Made by a program: the position numbers and the translations under genes. The notes under the pieces were generated by a model, which worked only from the letters and a program-made list of their open reading frames with translations, had not been told where the DNA came from and did not search any database. A DNA stretch of 64,000 nucleotides. Source: Leucoraja ocellata. Lineage: Eukaryota. The stretch is from NCBI GenBank assembly GCA_036785375.1, contig JAWMAR010000007.1, forward strand, positions 11,098,001 to 11,162,000, given 5' to 3'. Positions 37,606 to 51,340 of this stretch are shown one piece after another; within the stretch, counting starts at the first letter, position 1; every line of letters starts with the position of its first letter.

Positions 37606-37899
37606 CATGTCAGCACCCTACCACCAATACCATATGCTTTCATTTTGCCCACTAATCTCCTATGTGGGACATCAAATGCTTTCTGAAAGTCCAGGTACAC
37701 TACATCCACTGGCTCTCCCTGTTTCAGCTCTGCTTCTCCGCATAGCAGCCAATTCCTACTGGATCAGGTCATTCTTGAGTCACTGCCTTGAATTCCCTGG
37801 GCCAGGCTGACATGATGATTGCTGCAATAATATTCAAGACTTTCATGTGTACGGCTCTCCGCGGCCTGAACCAGAATCCGACGTGATTATTTTAAAGAT

Positions 37900-38185
37900 A
37901 TTGCATGGAAACAGACCCTTCGGCTCACCGAGTCCATGCTAACCATCGAACATCGATTCACACAAGTTTTATGTTATCTCGCTTTTACATCCACTCCCCT
38001 ACACACTTGGGGCAATTTACAGAGGACAATTTAACCGACAAGCCCGCATGTCTTTGGGATGTGGGAGGAAATTCACATGGTCATAGGGATTACGTGCAAA
38101 CTCTACACAGACAGAATCCGAATTCAGGATTGAACCAGGTTCTCTTGGGCTGTGAAGCAGTAGCTCCACCAGATGAACCATTGTG
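37900..38185 (-). mobile_element. tRNA-derived V-SINE-like element with a CR1-type tail; relatives at ~10060-10205 and ~51790-52095
   Basis: Minus-strand CTGTCTGTGTAGAGTTTGCACG V-domain-like motif and a B-box-like GGTTCAATCC. Confidence 0.65.
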
Positions 38186-38369
38186 CTGTCTTTCAAGAAG
38201 ATATTTCTCATCCCTTTCCCCTGTTGAGAATAGAAAGAAAGAGAACAGCTCCAGATGTGGATTTGAGAATAGTGCAGGACAATGGAATATCAGCTATGTT
38301 TTCATCAAAGGTGAAGCAGGTTTGAGTTGTCGGGCAAAAATCAAAAAGGGCCACTTTTCAACATAATTG

Positions 38370-41306
38370 TATAAGGGGTAAGAGTGTTGTAAAAACAAGC
38401 CTGAAGGCTTTGTGTCTCAATGCAAGGAGCATTCGTAATAAGGTGGATGAGTTGAATGTGCAGATAGCTATTAATGACTATGATATAGTTGGGATCACGG
38501 AGACATGGCTCCAGGGTGACCAAGGCTGGGAGCTGAACATCCAGGGATATTCAATATTCAGGAGGGATAGACAGAAAGGAAAAGGAGGTGGGGTAGCGTT
38601 ACTGATTAGAGAGGGGATTAATGCAATGGAAAGGAAGGACATTAGTTTGGAGGATGTGGAATCGGTATGGGTAGAGCTGCAAAACACTAAGGGGCAGAAA
38701 ACGCTGGTGGGTGTTGTGTACAGGCCACCTAACAGTAGTAGTGAAGTTGGAGATGGTATCAAACAGGAAATTAGAAATGCGTGCGACAAACGCAAAACGG
38801 TTATAATGGGTGACTTCAATCTACATATAGATTGGGTGAATCAAATTGGCAGGGGTGCTGAGGAAGAGGATTTCTTGGAATGTATACGGGATAGTTATCT
38901 AAATCAACATGTAGAGGAACCAACGAGAGAGCAGGCTATTTTAGACTGGGTATTGAGTAATGAGGAAGGGTTAGTTAGCAATCTTGTTGTGTGTGCCCCC
39001 TTGGGCAAGAGTGACCATAATATGGTTGAGTTCTTCATTAGGATGGAGAGTGACATTGTTAATTCAGAAACAATGGTTCTGAACTTAAAGAAAGGTAACT
39101 TTGAGGGTATGAGACGTGAATTGGCCAAGATTGACTGGCAATTAATTCTAAAAGGGTTGACGGTGGATATGCAATGGAAGACATTTAAAGACTGCATTGA
39201 TGAACTACAAAAATTGTTCATCCCAGTTTGGCAAAAGAATAAATTAGGGAAGGTAGTACATCCATGGATAACAAGGGAAATCAGGGATAGTATCAAAGCG
39301 AAGGATGATGCGAACAAATTAGCCAGAAAAAGCAGCATACCGGAGGACTGGGAGAAATTCAAAGACCAGCAGAGGAGGACAAAGGGCTTAATTAGGAAAG
39401 AAAAAAATGATTATGAAAGCAAACTGGCAGGGAACATAAAAACTGACTGCAAACGTTTTTATAGATATGTGAAAAGAAAGAGATTAGTTAAAACAAATGT
39501 AGGTCCCTTGCAGTCAGAAACAGGTGAGTTGATCATGGGGAACAAGGATATGGCGGACCAATTGAATAACTACTTTGGTTCCGTCTTCACTAAGGAAGAC
39601 ATAAATAATTTGCCGGAAATAGCAGGGGACCGCGGGTCAAAGGAGTTGGAGGAATTGAGTGAAATCCAGGTTAGCCGGGAAGTGGTGTTGGGTAAATTGA
39701 ATGGATTAAAGGCCGATAAATCCCCAGGGCCAGATAGGCTGCATCCCAGAGTACTTAAGGAAGTAGCTCCAGAAATAGTGGATGCATTAGTAATAATCTT
39801 TCAAAACTCTTTAGAATCTGGAGTAGTTCCTGAAGATTGGCGGGTAGCAAACGTAATCCCACTTTTTAAGAAGGGAGGGAGAGAGAAAATGGGGAATTAC
39901 AGACCAGTTAGTCTAACATCGGTAGTGGGGGAAACTGCTAGAGTCAGTTATTAAAGATGGGATAGCAGCACATTTGGAAAGTGGTGAAATCATTGGCCAA
40001 AGTCAGCATGGATTTACGAAAGGTAAATCATGTCTGACGAATCTTATAGAATTTTTCGAGGATGTAACTAGTAGCGTGGATAGGGGAGAACCAGTGGATG
40101 TGGTGTATCTGGACTTCCAGAAGGCTTTCGACAAGGTCCCACATAAGAGATTAGTATACAAACTTAAAGCACAAGGCATTGGGGGTTCAGTATTGATGTG
40201 GATAGAGAACTGGCTGGCAAACAGGAAGCAAAGAGTAGGAGTAAACGGGTCCTTTTCACAATGGCAGGCAGTGACTAGTGGGGTACCCCAAGGCTCAGTA
40301 CTGGGACCCCAGCTATTTACAATATATATTAATGATCTGGATGAGGGAATTGAAGGCAATATCTCCAAGTTTGCGGATGACACTAAGCTGGGGGGCAGTG
40401 TTAGCTGTGAGGAGGATGCTAGGAGACTGCAGGGTGACTTGGATAGGCTGGGTGAGTGGGCAAATGTTTGGCAGATGCAGTATAATGTGGATAAATGTGA
40501 GGTTATCCATTTTGGTGGCAAAAACGGGAAAGCAGACTATTATCTAAATGGTGGCCGATTGGGAAAGGGGGAGATGCAGCGAGACCTGGGTGTCATGGTA
40601 CACCAGTCATTGAAGGTAGGCATGCAGGTGCAGCAGGCAGTAAAGAAAGCGAATGGTATGTTAGCTTTCATTGCAAAAGGATTTGAGTATAGGAGCAGAG
40701 AGGTTCTACTGCAGTTGTACAGGGTCTTGGTGAGACCACACCTGGAGTATTGCGTACAGTTTTGGTCTCCAAATCTGAGGAAGGACATTATTGCCATAGA
40801 GGGAGTGCAGAGAAGGTTCACCAGACTGATTCCTGGGATGTCAGGACTGTCTTATGAAGAAAGACTGGATAGACTTGGTTTATACTCCCTAGAATTTAGG
40901 AGATTGAGAGGGGATCTTATAGAAACTTACAAAATTCTTAAGGGGTTGGACAGGCTAGATGCAGGAAGATTGTTCCCGATGTTGGGGAAGTCCAGGACAA
41001 GGGGTCACAGCTTAAGGATAAAGGGGAAATCCTTTAAAACCGAGATGAGAAGAACTTTTTTCACGCAGAGAGTGGTGAATCTCTGGAACTCTCTGCCACA
41101 GAGGGTAGTTGAGGCCAGTTCATTGGCTATATTTAAGAGGGAGTTAGATGTGGCCCTTGTGGCTAAGGGGATCGGGGGGTATGGAGGGAGGGCAGGTACG
41201 GGATACTGAGTTGGATGATCAGCCATGATCATATTGAATGGCGGTGCAGGCTCGAAGGGCCGAATGGCCTACTCCTGCACCTAATTTCTATGTTTCTATG
41301 TTTCTA
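38370..41306 (+). mobile_element. Young CR1 LINE with near-intact ORF2 (APE plus RT), one frameshift near 39930, no ORF1
   Basis: ORFs 38410-39954 (NARS, GITETW, GDFN, SDH) and 39974-41209 (QHGF, VPQGS, FADD); (TTTCTATG)n tail. Confidence 0.96.
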
Positions 41307-43824
41307 TTAGTTTGACATGACTATTTTCTTATGTTTGTAAAAGGAAAGAAAAATTGGTCTGCAATTTTTAAAACCAGTAACTTGAAGAATTCTTCCATTT
41401 TGAGTAGTGATGGCTGATTGTGGTCCCAGCCTGACCTGAAGTGGACGTTTTTCAACAGAACAGTGAACTACGAGTGACAAATCATGCTGGAACAAAATGC
41501 TACATTCTGGAGATCCTTGTTAATAGACATGGAAACCACTCACTGTTTGATGATTGTTTTTGTTTTATTTTTCTGTATTATGGAGGAATGTTACACCATT
41601 AATTGCATCACAGCTTGGTTTGAATACTGCTCTACCCAAGACTGCAAGACATTCCAGTTGTGAATGTAGCCCAGTCCATCGCACAGACTACCTTCCCCAC
41701 CATCGCTTTCATCTGCACTTCACATTGATTCAGGAAAGCAGTCAATATAATCAAAGTCCAGTTTCACTCTGGTCATTCTCTTCCCTCTTCCATTGGGCAG
41801 GAGATACAAAAGCTTGAAAGCATGTTCTACCAGATTTGAAGAACAGCTTCTCCCTTGCAGTTATCAGATCTAAATGGTCCTCCGATGGGCCACAGTGTAG
41901 TCCCAATGTTCCAAACTAACTCAAATGCAGACCTTGCACTTATTCTCCATAACTGTAACACTAGAATGCCATAATACTATATTCAACACTCTGGCACTTC
42001 TCTTTGCATTACGTGTTACACTTGTGTATCCTGATTGTAATCATATGTGGTATAATTTATCTCTATAGGAGTAGTCTGACTGTTGTTTGTTTGACTTGTG
42101 ACTACTTTGCAGCATGAAGGGGTTTGAATTCCAGGATTTGGTTGATATTTACTGGGGTATGCGTTGGGTAAAAGATTAATCAATACTTGGAGGTGTTATA
42201 ATGCCGGTTGAACGTGAGTGTGAGTGGGATCAGCTCATTCTGACATACCTTGAACAACTTTTCTGGATCATTTCATTTACCTTTTGAAATATTTTTTCAG
42301 AATGTTTGCCCTTTTCTCACTGTTCACAAGGAGGTGATGGTGAGAACCTTCTTCAACCACTGGGAAGGGAGTTGCAGGATACAGACTCAGTGAAGATGAA
42401 AGAAGGCATAATAAATCCACTCAGAATCCCTTTCACTTTGTTCATAATCTTTCATAGATTTATCAATCTTCTCATTAAATATCTCATATGATCCAATCTC
42501 CGCAATAGAGGATTTCAGAGACCTGAAGACATTTCCAGATCAGGGTAGTGTGCGAATGGTAAAATCTGCTGGTGATGTTACCATGCACCTGCTGCACTTG
42601 TCCTTCATGGTTGAGGTGAGGGGCAGAAATCCCGGGGGGGGGGGGGGGGGGAAGGGAGGCAGGGGGTACACGTCCCCTCCCCCCCCCTGTTTTGAGAGGT
42701 GGGGTACGATCCCCCCCATTTTTTGTAATCTGGATTTTAAAGCCCGGTGAAATCTCTGCTTTCCGTGAGAGTGGGGGTGGGACTGCTGATCGAGGGCACC
42801 GATTGGATGAGAGGGACGTCGGTCAGCAAGCAATGGTGGCGGGACATGATGATTCAGCGCGATCATTGGAGGAGGGAGGTGTCAGTCAGATGTGGAAGTG
42901 AGGGGGGGGGGGTGGTAGTGGGACAAAAGATAGAACGCGGCGATTGGAGGAAGGAGACGTGCCAAAACACTCTCAGCAGCCCTGGACGGATCGATCCTGG
43001 CTCTTCGGCGCTGTCCCGAGTGCCCCCCCCCCCCCACGCCCGAGGTTGGCCAGAGATGTCAGGAGTCAGACAGGAGCGGTGTCCCTAGGCCTACAGAAGC
43101 AGCGCTAAACCCAGCTCAAAGCCTATCCCGCCGGGTTAACCTACGGACCTGCCTGAGATATGGCCCATGTGTACAGCCAGCGCGGAGAAGCAGCGCTGGT
43201 GTCCCGTCAGTCCAGGCAGGGCTGGCAGAGTTGAGGTGTCTTTAGTGCTGGATTGAGCCTCCGAAGCCTTGCATGTGTGTATGAGTGTGCTCATGGGCAT
43301 GCGGCCGCCAAGAAATGCTGTCCCCCAGTCCCCTCCATATTTTGATAGAGATTTCCGTGCCTGGTGGAGGTCACGGATTTTGATGGAGCAGGTTGCATGA
43401 GTAACTGCACTATACTTTGGAGATCGGTACACACTGCAGCCAAGGCCCAACACTGGAGGAAATGGGTATTATTGTAGACTGGTTGGCTGTTGAGGTCCCA
43501 ATCAAAGCAGCTGCTTTCTACTTCTTAATGTTGAGTTGTTGAACGTTGTTCTCATCGAAGTAAATGAAAGTTCTTCATCACACTCCTGGCTTGTGCTGTG
43601 TAGATGACGAGTGGCGGCAGGAGCCAAATTGCCTCAGACTGACTTGCTCTAATAGGTGCAGTATTTGCATGGCACTCATGACTGCTCTGTGCAGGCCTGG
43701 GCTGCATTATTTGCTGGGGAGGTGCACAATGTGAAATCAATTATCATTTCCATTTTGTGACCTGATGATGGAAAGAGGATTATTTATAAAGCAACTTAAA
43801 GTGATTGAGCCGAAGATATGGCAA

Positions 43825-46540
43825 TACCTCAAGAATCACCACACCCTGGTTGGACATGAAAAGGAGAGTCCTCTGCAATATGTAATCCTTTGCGTGGTAT
43901 TTCCACTCCATTAATATGAAACACCATGACGATTATTCCGACATTCCCACATTCCATGAACTCCAGGCACACACAGCCACACCGCTGTCCCCTTCTCTCA
44001 CAAAAGTACATATAAACGTGCTTCTTGGGATGCATTTAATCAAAATTTCACATTGCGAAAAGGTGATTTAGGCCCCATACGAACCGGCAGTGTTTTTCCT
44101 GCCGATAGTTGTTTAAAACGCTATCACCTTTGCTCTAATGCAAAGGTTCAAGCTAGGTAGCTGGTAATGCTGCTACTAATTTCCCATTACGCTTGCCACT
44201 TGTCGAATGGTTGGTCGATTGTTAACCATTAATTTGTTACAGGTTTGTGCCACTTCTGCTGACTTTTCTTTAGGCAACGTTATAGACACATGGACTGAGT
44301 TAATTGTGAATACCAGATAGTCCATAGTTGTGGATGGTGTAAACGTAGATTTATCTGGATGTATGACAAAGCCTAAGGTTAAATAGTTTTTAGTAGCTAA
44401 TGCTGCTGAATTAGCTAATTCCATGGTTTTGTCTATTATTAAAATATCATCGAGATATGCCATGACAATATGTTTCCTTAATAGTGTCAGGGCTGGTTTT
44501 AATATCTTGGTAAACAGTTTTGGCCCATGTTAGCACATTAGTCAATAATTTGTACTGCCATAGTTACCCCATCCAGGTAAATGTTTAGGTATCTACGATG
44601 ATCTTTATGAATGGGTACTGAATAGTATGCATCTTTTAAGTCGATGCCTGCCATAAAGCATCGGTAGGAAATCCATTGTTTGGCAGTTACAAATGTTTTC
44701 CATTAAAGTGTGTATACCTGACGAAAATATTCAATGTGGTTAAGTCAATGATGATGCGACATTCACCATCTTTTTTTTAATGGTTTTAGTAAATTTAATA
44801 CGAATTCCAAAGGTTCATGTTTAGATTTCTCTATGATCCCTTTGTTTGTAACTTCTCCAGTTCAGCTTGTCCCTCATGTTTTCTTTTTGGTGAGAGGGTA
44901 AAACCCCTTTGGGGTGCATGCTGAACTGGTAGCAAGTTTTCTTGAATGAATTCAATTTTTATCCTTGAATACTTTTTGGTATATAACTACCAAGTGTGAT
45001 AGTTCTTCATGCTTCCAAAACCAGGTGTAGTTTCCCCCCCTGTTTGCACAATCCCCTCTCCTTTTATGTGACGGTAGGAACCAGACCCACCTACCTCCAC
45101 TGTTGTTTGGTGGTGTGTTCATTTCTTCGGTTTCTTGTTCCTTGTCTGTCGGGGTGTTGCTGTTGGGGGGTGGCGCATTTTCCATGTGGCCCGCTCTGGG
45201 CCCTGTCCCGAAAGACTTCCGGGGATGGTATGCGGGCCCCGAGCTTTCACCAGTATCATGAAGTAGACGCCTACTGGTGGATGCGTAGAGCTACTGCCAT
45301 CTGGGTTTGCGTGGTTTGCTCGTTCCAGGTCCTGCCCTCATGAGGGCAAATGCCTTGGAATCTTCGTCCAGATTTTAGACTTGATTTGGTAATTCTTTGC
45401 CAAATAGCAGGATCTATGGTTCTGAGACCGGCGTTCTACACAGTCCTGCGAATTTTTGAGGTTGAGGGCAGGTCTATGACCTCCTTCCGGAGGTTGTTAA
45501 TCACATACTGTGTTGCACAGTAGAGCCAGGGTGTTTTGGCATGTCAACCCTGTCCATGGAATGAGCATATGAAGTGATAGCCGACGTCAGAGGTATCAAC
45601 ATTTTTTGCAATTTAAGTTTTTGGGTTTTGATACCCTGCTCAATGTACCCCTAGTAACGGCAGGCACATTGAGCAAATGCAATTTTGGGGAGGCGTAATA
45701 AGGTCCAACTTATTGACTAGCTGTCTTGGAGAGGTTTAAAGGACAGGTAGTACGCTGGCCGCCAGTTTAGGCTGTAACGGCCGTCTCGCTCGTGGTGTTG
45801 CCACGTAGCGGTTCACCACACCCAGCAGCTCTTCCTGGTCCTGTACCTCAAGCATACTCCCGGTTTCTTCATCCAATGACTCCTGTTCTTGACCAGCCCA
45901 GTCCTGGTCGTCAACACTCCCCTCTGTTGAGGGAGATGCGATGGCCACTGCTGTTAGTGCAGTGGAGCGGGAGTGTTTGTGCTCCCTTGGCAAGCTTGCC
46001 CCATCTCCCGGAGCAAGTTTTGCTGGAGCGTTCGCTCTATGAGCCTTTCCATAAGGCTTGAAACGGTCACCTTTAGCCGCCCTCGGGCGGTTAGTCTACC
46101 GTGCCGGGCTCGTCTGAGTGAACCGGCCGGCTCGACTTGCGTTGTGCCTTTCATCCAGCCCGCTGCGGTTGTTTGAGCTATGCTAGCGGCGCTGGGCTCG
46201 GCTCGGAATGCTGTCGGTGACTGTGGATCGCAGCGTTGTGCGTTCCAGGTGCCGCCAGTCGCCCCCCACCGCTGGAACCCTCCTGGTCCATTGCAGTCCG
46301 ACGGGAACGATCTTCCTTGGTGTTTACCCTGTTCATATTCCTATTTAAAAATAAAACAGAACAAGGTTTCCAAAACACCATGTCCACAGAGTAAGTTTGC
46401 GTACCTGAAGGTCCGTTTTCAAATTGTTGTGAGAGAGCTCGTACTCCCGTCCATCGCTGTGCACTGCGTGAGACGCTATGTCGCGCATGCGTGCTGGACG
46501 GGGTCTTCACATAGTCACTCATGTGATTCCGAAGTAAAAT
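43825..46540 (-). mobile_element. DIRS1-type element: left end, gag and RT/RNase H; 3'-truncated and degenerate
   Basis: Minus-strand left terminus TTTTACTTCGGAATCACATGAGTGACT, as at 47831; gag begins MNRV at 46336; RT motif MAYLDDILI...LGFVIHPDKS. Confidence 0.85.
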
Positions 46541-47830
46541 TATTATTATCCTCACTCTTTGTGGTACTTTAATTGTCATGTACCGAGGTACAGTGAAATT
46601 CATTTTTGTATACAGTTCAATACAAGCATCACTATACTTAAGCACTTACGTACATATTAGGTAAGCATCTCAGATACAGCTCTAATGTATAGCAGTAGTA
46701 CATCAATACAGTGTACAGAGTCGCCAGTTTGGCGCCATTTTCAAGTTGTTGTAAGTGCAGGGATCTTGACCTGACCATGACGGTCTGTTGTCCTGTCGGC
46801 GTTGCAGGGTCGGCCTGACGAAGCTTTGCCATGGTGTCTTCCGCTGCTGTTCCACCTCTGCAGGCCGCATCCAGTCCACGTGCTCGGCCTCTTGGAGCAG
46901 TGCCCAGACCAGCCGAGCTCCAGGCAGTTGCAAGGCCTCCAATGGCCCACACCCCCGTCGAGTCCGTGCGCTGCTTCCCACAGCTGGTCTGCTTACCGCC
47001 CCTCCAGGTGGGCTCCCGTGGGTCCTCGATCCAAGGCGGTTGATCCGGGCCTTCCGGGTGGGTCTGCAGGTCCACCGTCAGTTAGGGGCGGTTAGGGGCG
47101 CTGGGAGTCGGCTGCCCTGCCAGCAGCATGTTCGTTATTAAGACATTTTTGTTTTTTTTGGTATGTCTAAGTGTTTGTTTTGTGTGTCTCTCGGTGTGTC
47201 TTGTGTGCGGGGTGGTGGTGGGGGGGGAGAGAGGGAAACTGTTTTTCAGTCACTTCCTCGACGGAGAGCTGGCTTTTCCACGTCGCTTCTCTGCCTCCCC
47301 TCTCACGGCCTGACAGCTTGGATTAGAGCGGCCTTTCCTGGAGTCGTGCCCAAAACCTCAGCAGCGGACGCAACGTGGACTTTTCCATCGTGGAGCAGGG
47401 TGAGCCCTTGCCGATGGTTGACAGAACGGAGTGGTCTGATCGCTGGCCTGGTGACTTTGGCATCGTGGGGGCTGTGGTCTGCGGAGCTTCTAGCCATGGG
47501 CATGGTGTGGACTTACCATCCCGAGTCTGGGATCCTTTACCGGGGAACGCTGGATAAGATCCCCGGCCTGCGGCTTATAACATCGTGAAGCCGTGGTCTC
47601 CGGTGGGAAAGTGGCAGATTCCGGCACTCCATGCTGCGGAGTGTATTTGACCGTCCTGACGTCGGTGTTTTGATCATCCCAACGAGAGGGCCTGTACATC
47701 CGGCCATGCGTAGCGGCGACTGCGGAGGTTTTATGGTCCCGACCACGGATGAACAAAGGCAGGAGGACTGACTGAATTTTGTTGCCTTCCACCACAGTGA
47801 AGAATGCTGTGGTGGATGTTTGTGTTAAAT

Positions 47831-49701
47831 TTTACTTCGGAGTCACGTGAGTGACTACGTGAAGAACCCCGCTTACGACGCATGCGTGTCATATCGCTAC
47901 ACGCATTGCAACGAGTCACACCTGGGGAGGACGTCCCCTTGAACGGGAGAAGAGAAAAAGCCGACGAACGGCAGGTAAGTGACTCTGCATTTCAAACTTT
48001 TGTAGGAAATGGACAGAGTAACTCGGAGAAAGTCTGTGAGGAAGGTGCAGGACGTAAGTCGGGAAGGAGCCGGGGACCTGCAGCAGCAGCCGACGCCACA
48101 GGAGATTCCTATGGAGGAACCAGCTGTGCCCGACTTAAACCCCGCGCCGGCAAAATCTACTTCTCGGCCGGGTGGGAAGGTAAAGCGAAAATTGCATCAC
48201 TATGAAAGTGATGTGGTCATGGAGCAGCCAGGAGCGGCCAGTTTTACGGAGCTGGAAAGCCGGTACGAGTGGCTGGAGGATGATCAGCCGCCAGCGACAG
48301 GTGCCCGTGAGTACCGGGACCGTGAGGAGCGGCATGATTATATCGGGCGGCCGGGAGCGACCAGTGCCCGTAGGCATGGGGACCGGCTGCAGGAGAAACC
48401 GCGTGCGACTAGTGCCCGAGAGCACCAAGGTCGGCAGGAGCGGTCATATAATTTAAAGCACCCGCGATCGACTAGTGCCCGAGAGCATGAAAGTCGGCTG
48501 GAGCGGTTGCTGGAGGAAATTCTCCAGAGTGGCAGGACCCGGGATATGGAGGATAGCCATAGTGGACAAAATATAAGTCCCACAGCAGATTCCCATAAAG
48601 GGCTGCATGAAATATCATACTCCTCTGAAGAGGGTATTGAAGGTCTGACTGGGTCAGAATCTGAGCAGGAGATGGAGCCACCTTCCCCTATTGAAGGGGA
48701 GAAAAACAACCTGCTGGACATGGTGGGCCAGTACTTCCAGCAGGAACAAACTGGGAAGGATCTCGAGGCCAGGATGGTTGCCAGTATTGAATATATGTAC
48801 ACCCATCAACTTCAAGCCAATACGTTTGCTGAAGTGTTGGCAAGGCATTTACCCCCGGGCAATGTGGTGCTCTTAATGTAGCCAGTGTCAACCAGTGCAT
48901 TTGGAGACATGTTGGGCAAGCCATTAGGAGTCAGGATATTAAAATCCAAAATGCCCTGAAAGGTCTCACGGCGGGCATAACAGCCTTGACCCGCACGTTA
49001 GAAAAGGTGGACATGACTAGTGACCACAAGGATGCCTTAGCACTATTCTGCAACGTGCAGTTTGAACTGAATAATATTCGAAAGGGGGCCATTCAGCCAG
49101 CTGTAGATCCTAAGTTCGCTATACTGTGTAAGCAAAGGGCTATAAGACCTCAAACCCTGTTATTTGGGGGAGACCTGTCCAAACAGGTTAAATATTTGGA
49201 TGAGGAGGCCAAGACTTTGGGGATAATTAGAGCATCCAAAGGATATCTGGGGAAAAGATATCAACCTTAGAGTTTTTTTTGAATATCATTAACAATTTCT
49301 CCCAAACTACCAAGGCAGTTGTGAAGCATGGACTCGTTCCACGGCATGAGGTCACAGAGCTTTGAAATCTTCACGTAGTCACTCACGTGACTCCGAAGTA
49401 AAATAGTAAGATTAAACGAGAACTTACCAGTTTGAAGTTTGATCTTTATTTTATGAGGAGGAACGTTGAGGGAATACGTGCCCTCCATTCCCACCCTCGA
49501 ATGGTCATATCTTAAACTGGTATCTCTTTAATAATCTTACTATCTTAGGTCATTATAGTGTATCTGTGACGTCACACCGCTGCTTTGAAGGATGACACGC
49601 ATGCGTCGTAAGCGGGGTTCTTCACGTATTCCCTCAACGTTCCTCCTCATAAAATAAAGATTAAACATCAAACTGGTAAGTTCTCGTTTAATCTTACTAT
49701 T
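47831..49701 (+). mobile_element. Internally deleted, gag-only DIRS1 element with complete ITR/ICR structure
   Basis: The left ITR (~47856-47892) is the inverse of ~49592-49628. The ICR (49368-49480) is complementary to both termini. Gag ORFs at 48009-48881 and 48986-49270. Confidence 0.92.
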
Positions 49702-49845
49702 CTATTGTGCATTGTGTGCTCTTATTTTCAACTGTATCGCTGCTGGCAAATTCATTTCACTGTGCCTTAGTTGGTGCATGTGACGAATAACTTTGACTGA
49801 CTTTAAATTTACCATGTCCACATTATAGAATAAGAAGCATGTTGG

Positions 49846-51340
49846 CAGGGCCGGATTTAGATGAAGAGAGGCCCTAAGCTATTTCACTTGTGCGGCCCCC
49901 CCACCCCTCCCAATCCCCCACCCCCACGACTAGAGGACCATGACTACCCGACAGTGACAGTGTGACACTTTTAGATCCTAATGTATGTTGTCATTAAACA
50001 GTTGGTTTTAAAATACAAGTTGGATTCACCACGGAGCGTGCGATGACTTACCTGGATCGCCGTTTGAAGCTCTGGAGTGTTGGGCCTGCTGCTTCAACAT
50101 CATGGAGCAGTGGTTTGCGGAGCTCCCAGCCTCGGTCCGCGCTGATTTCAACATCCCTTTGCCGAGGGGCGCCAGCATGAATCTCCGCCCAGCTCAGCCA
50201 CGGTCTCCGGTAGGAAGTGGCCGATTCGGAAGTCCAAGCCACTGAGAATGTTCTCCCGTTCCGAGGTCGGATGGTGACCCACAAATTTCATTGCACCAAT
50301 TGATGCATGTGACAATAAGTGTCTCTTGAATTGAATCTTGAATATTAAGAAATATAGAAACTACAAATACACTAAGAGTAACAATGTTTTTTTCTCACCT
50401 TCTTCATAGCAAAATCATCCACAAGTTCACCAAGATCTGTTTGCCTATGTTTGTCACTCTCAATGCACAGAATGCTCATTGCAGCCAACCTCTCTTGATA
50501 CATTGTGGACCTTAATTCATTTTTAATTCTTTTGAGTCTTGAAAAAGACCTCTCTCCCGAGCAGTTGGTGACTATTGAGCTAAGAAACAGCCGCAAGATT
50601 GCTTCCACATTAGGGAAGACCATCTGAATTGTTTCCTTGTATATTATTTGATAAAGGTCTGCATGAGACAGAGAGTGCTCTTCTGTATGCCTATGGCTTT
50701 GTCTGACGTATGAGTGAAAGTGCAAAAGTTCATCAGTAAGTTTCAGGTCAACATCTTCTGGGTATGCTTCCATCAAATGTTCAACACCTTGCTGAATTTC
50801 TTGCTTAGATGTGGTCAGATTAGCAAGAAAGGAAAACTGTTGTGCAACTTCACTGTACACAATATCTCTTCTTTTTAAATTGGTTTCAAGTACATCTCGC
50901 ATAGGGATAAAGGATATTTTCCTAAAGTTATCTCTTGAAGAGAGTTATCTAAACCATCAGAACCAGGTGCACTTCCATCATTTCCTTGCCACTTCCTTAC
51001 TCTTTGTCTCCCTGTGACAGTTCTGGAATTAACATCTTGCAAGGTGGCCTTTGCTTGTTGCTCAAGCTCATCAAAATCTTCTCTAATTTTGCGTACAAAA
51101 TCCTGAACTGTACAAACTTGCACAAGTACTCAATAACTTGTTTGGATTTCTGAATGGCTTTGTTGACCTTGTGGAAATGACTTATCAGACGTGTCCAAAA
51201 ATGCAGCATAAACACAAATTCCAGTTCTTCCATTTTCTGCAAAAGATTGTTAGCTTGAAGCCTGGTATCACCCTTCACATTAACATCGGAGTACAAATGA
51301 TTGAGGGCATCAGTGATAGCGCTGTAACTTTCCAAAATAT
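49846..51340 (-). mobile_element. hAT DNA transposon remnant (C-terminal transposase and one TIR)
   Basis: FPNVEAILRLFLS..VTNCSGERSFSRLKRIKNELRSTM.QERL dimerisation motif; terminal CAGGGCCGGATTTAG at 49846. Confidence 0.85.

Noticed and set aside
41436-41486. Possible 51-nt minus-strand exon (HDLSLVVHCSVEKRPLQ)
   Set aside because: AG and GT boundaries are present, but there is no homology or partner exon.
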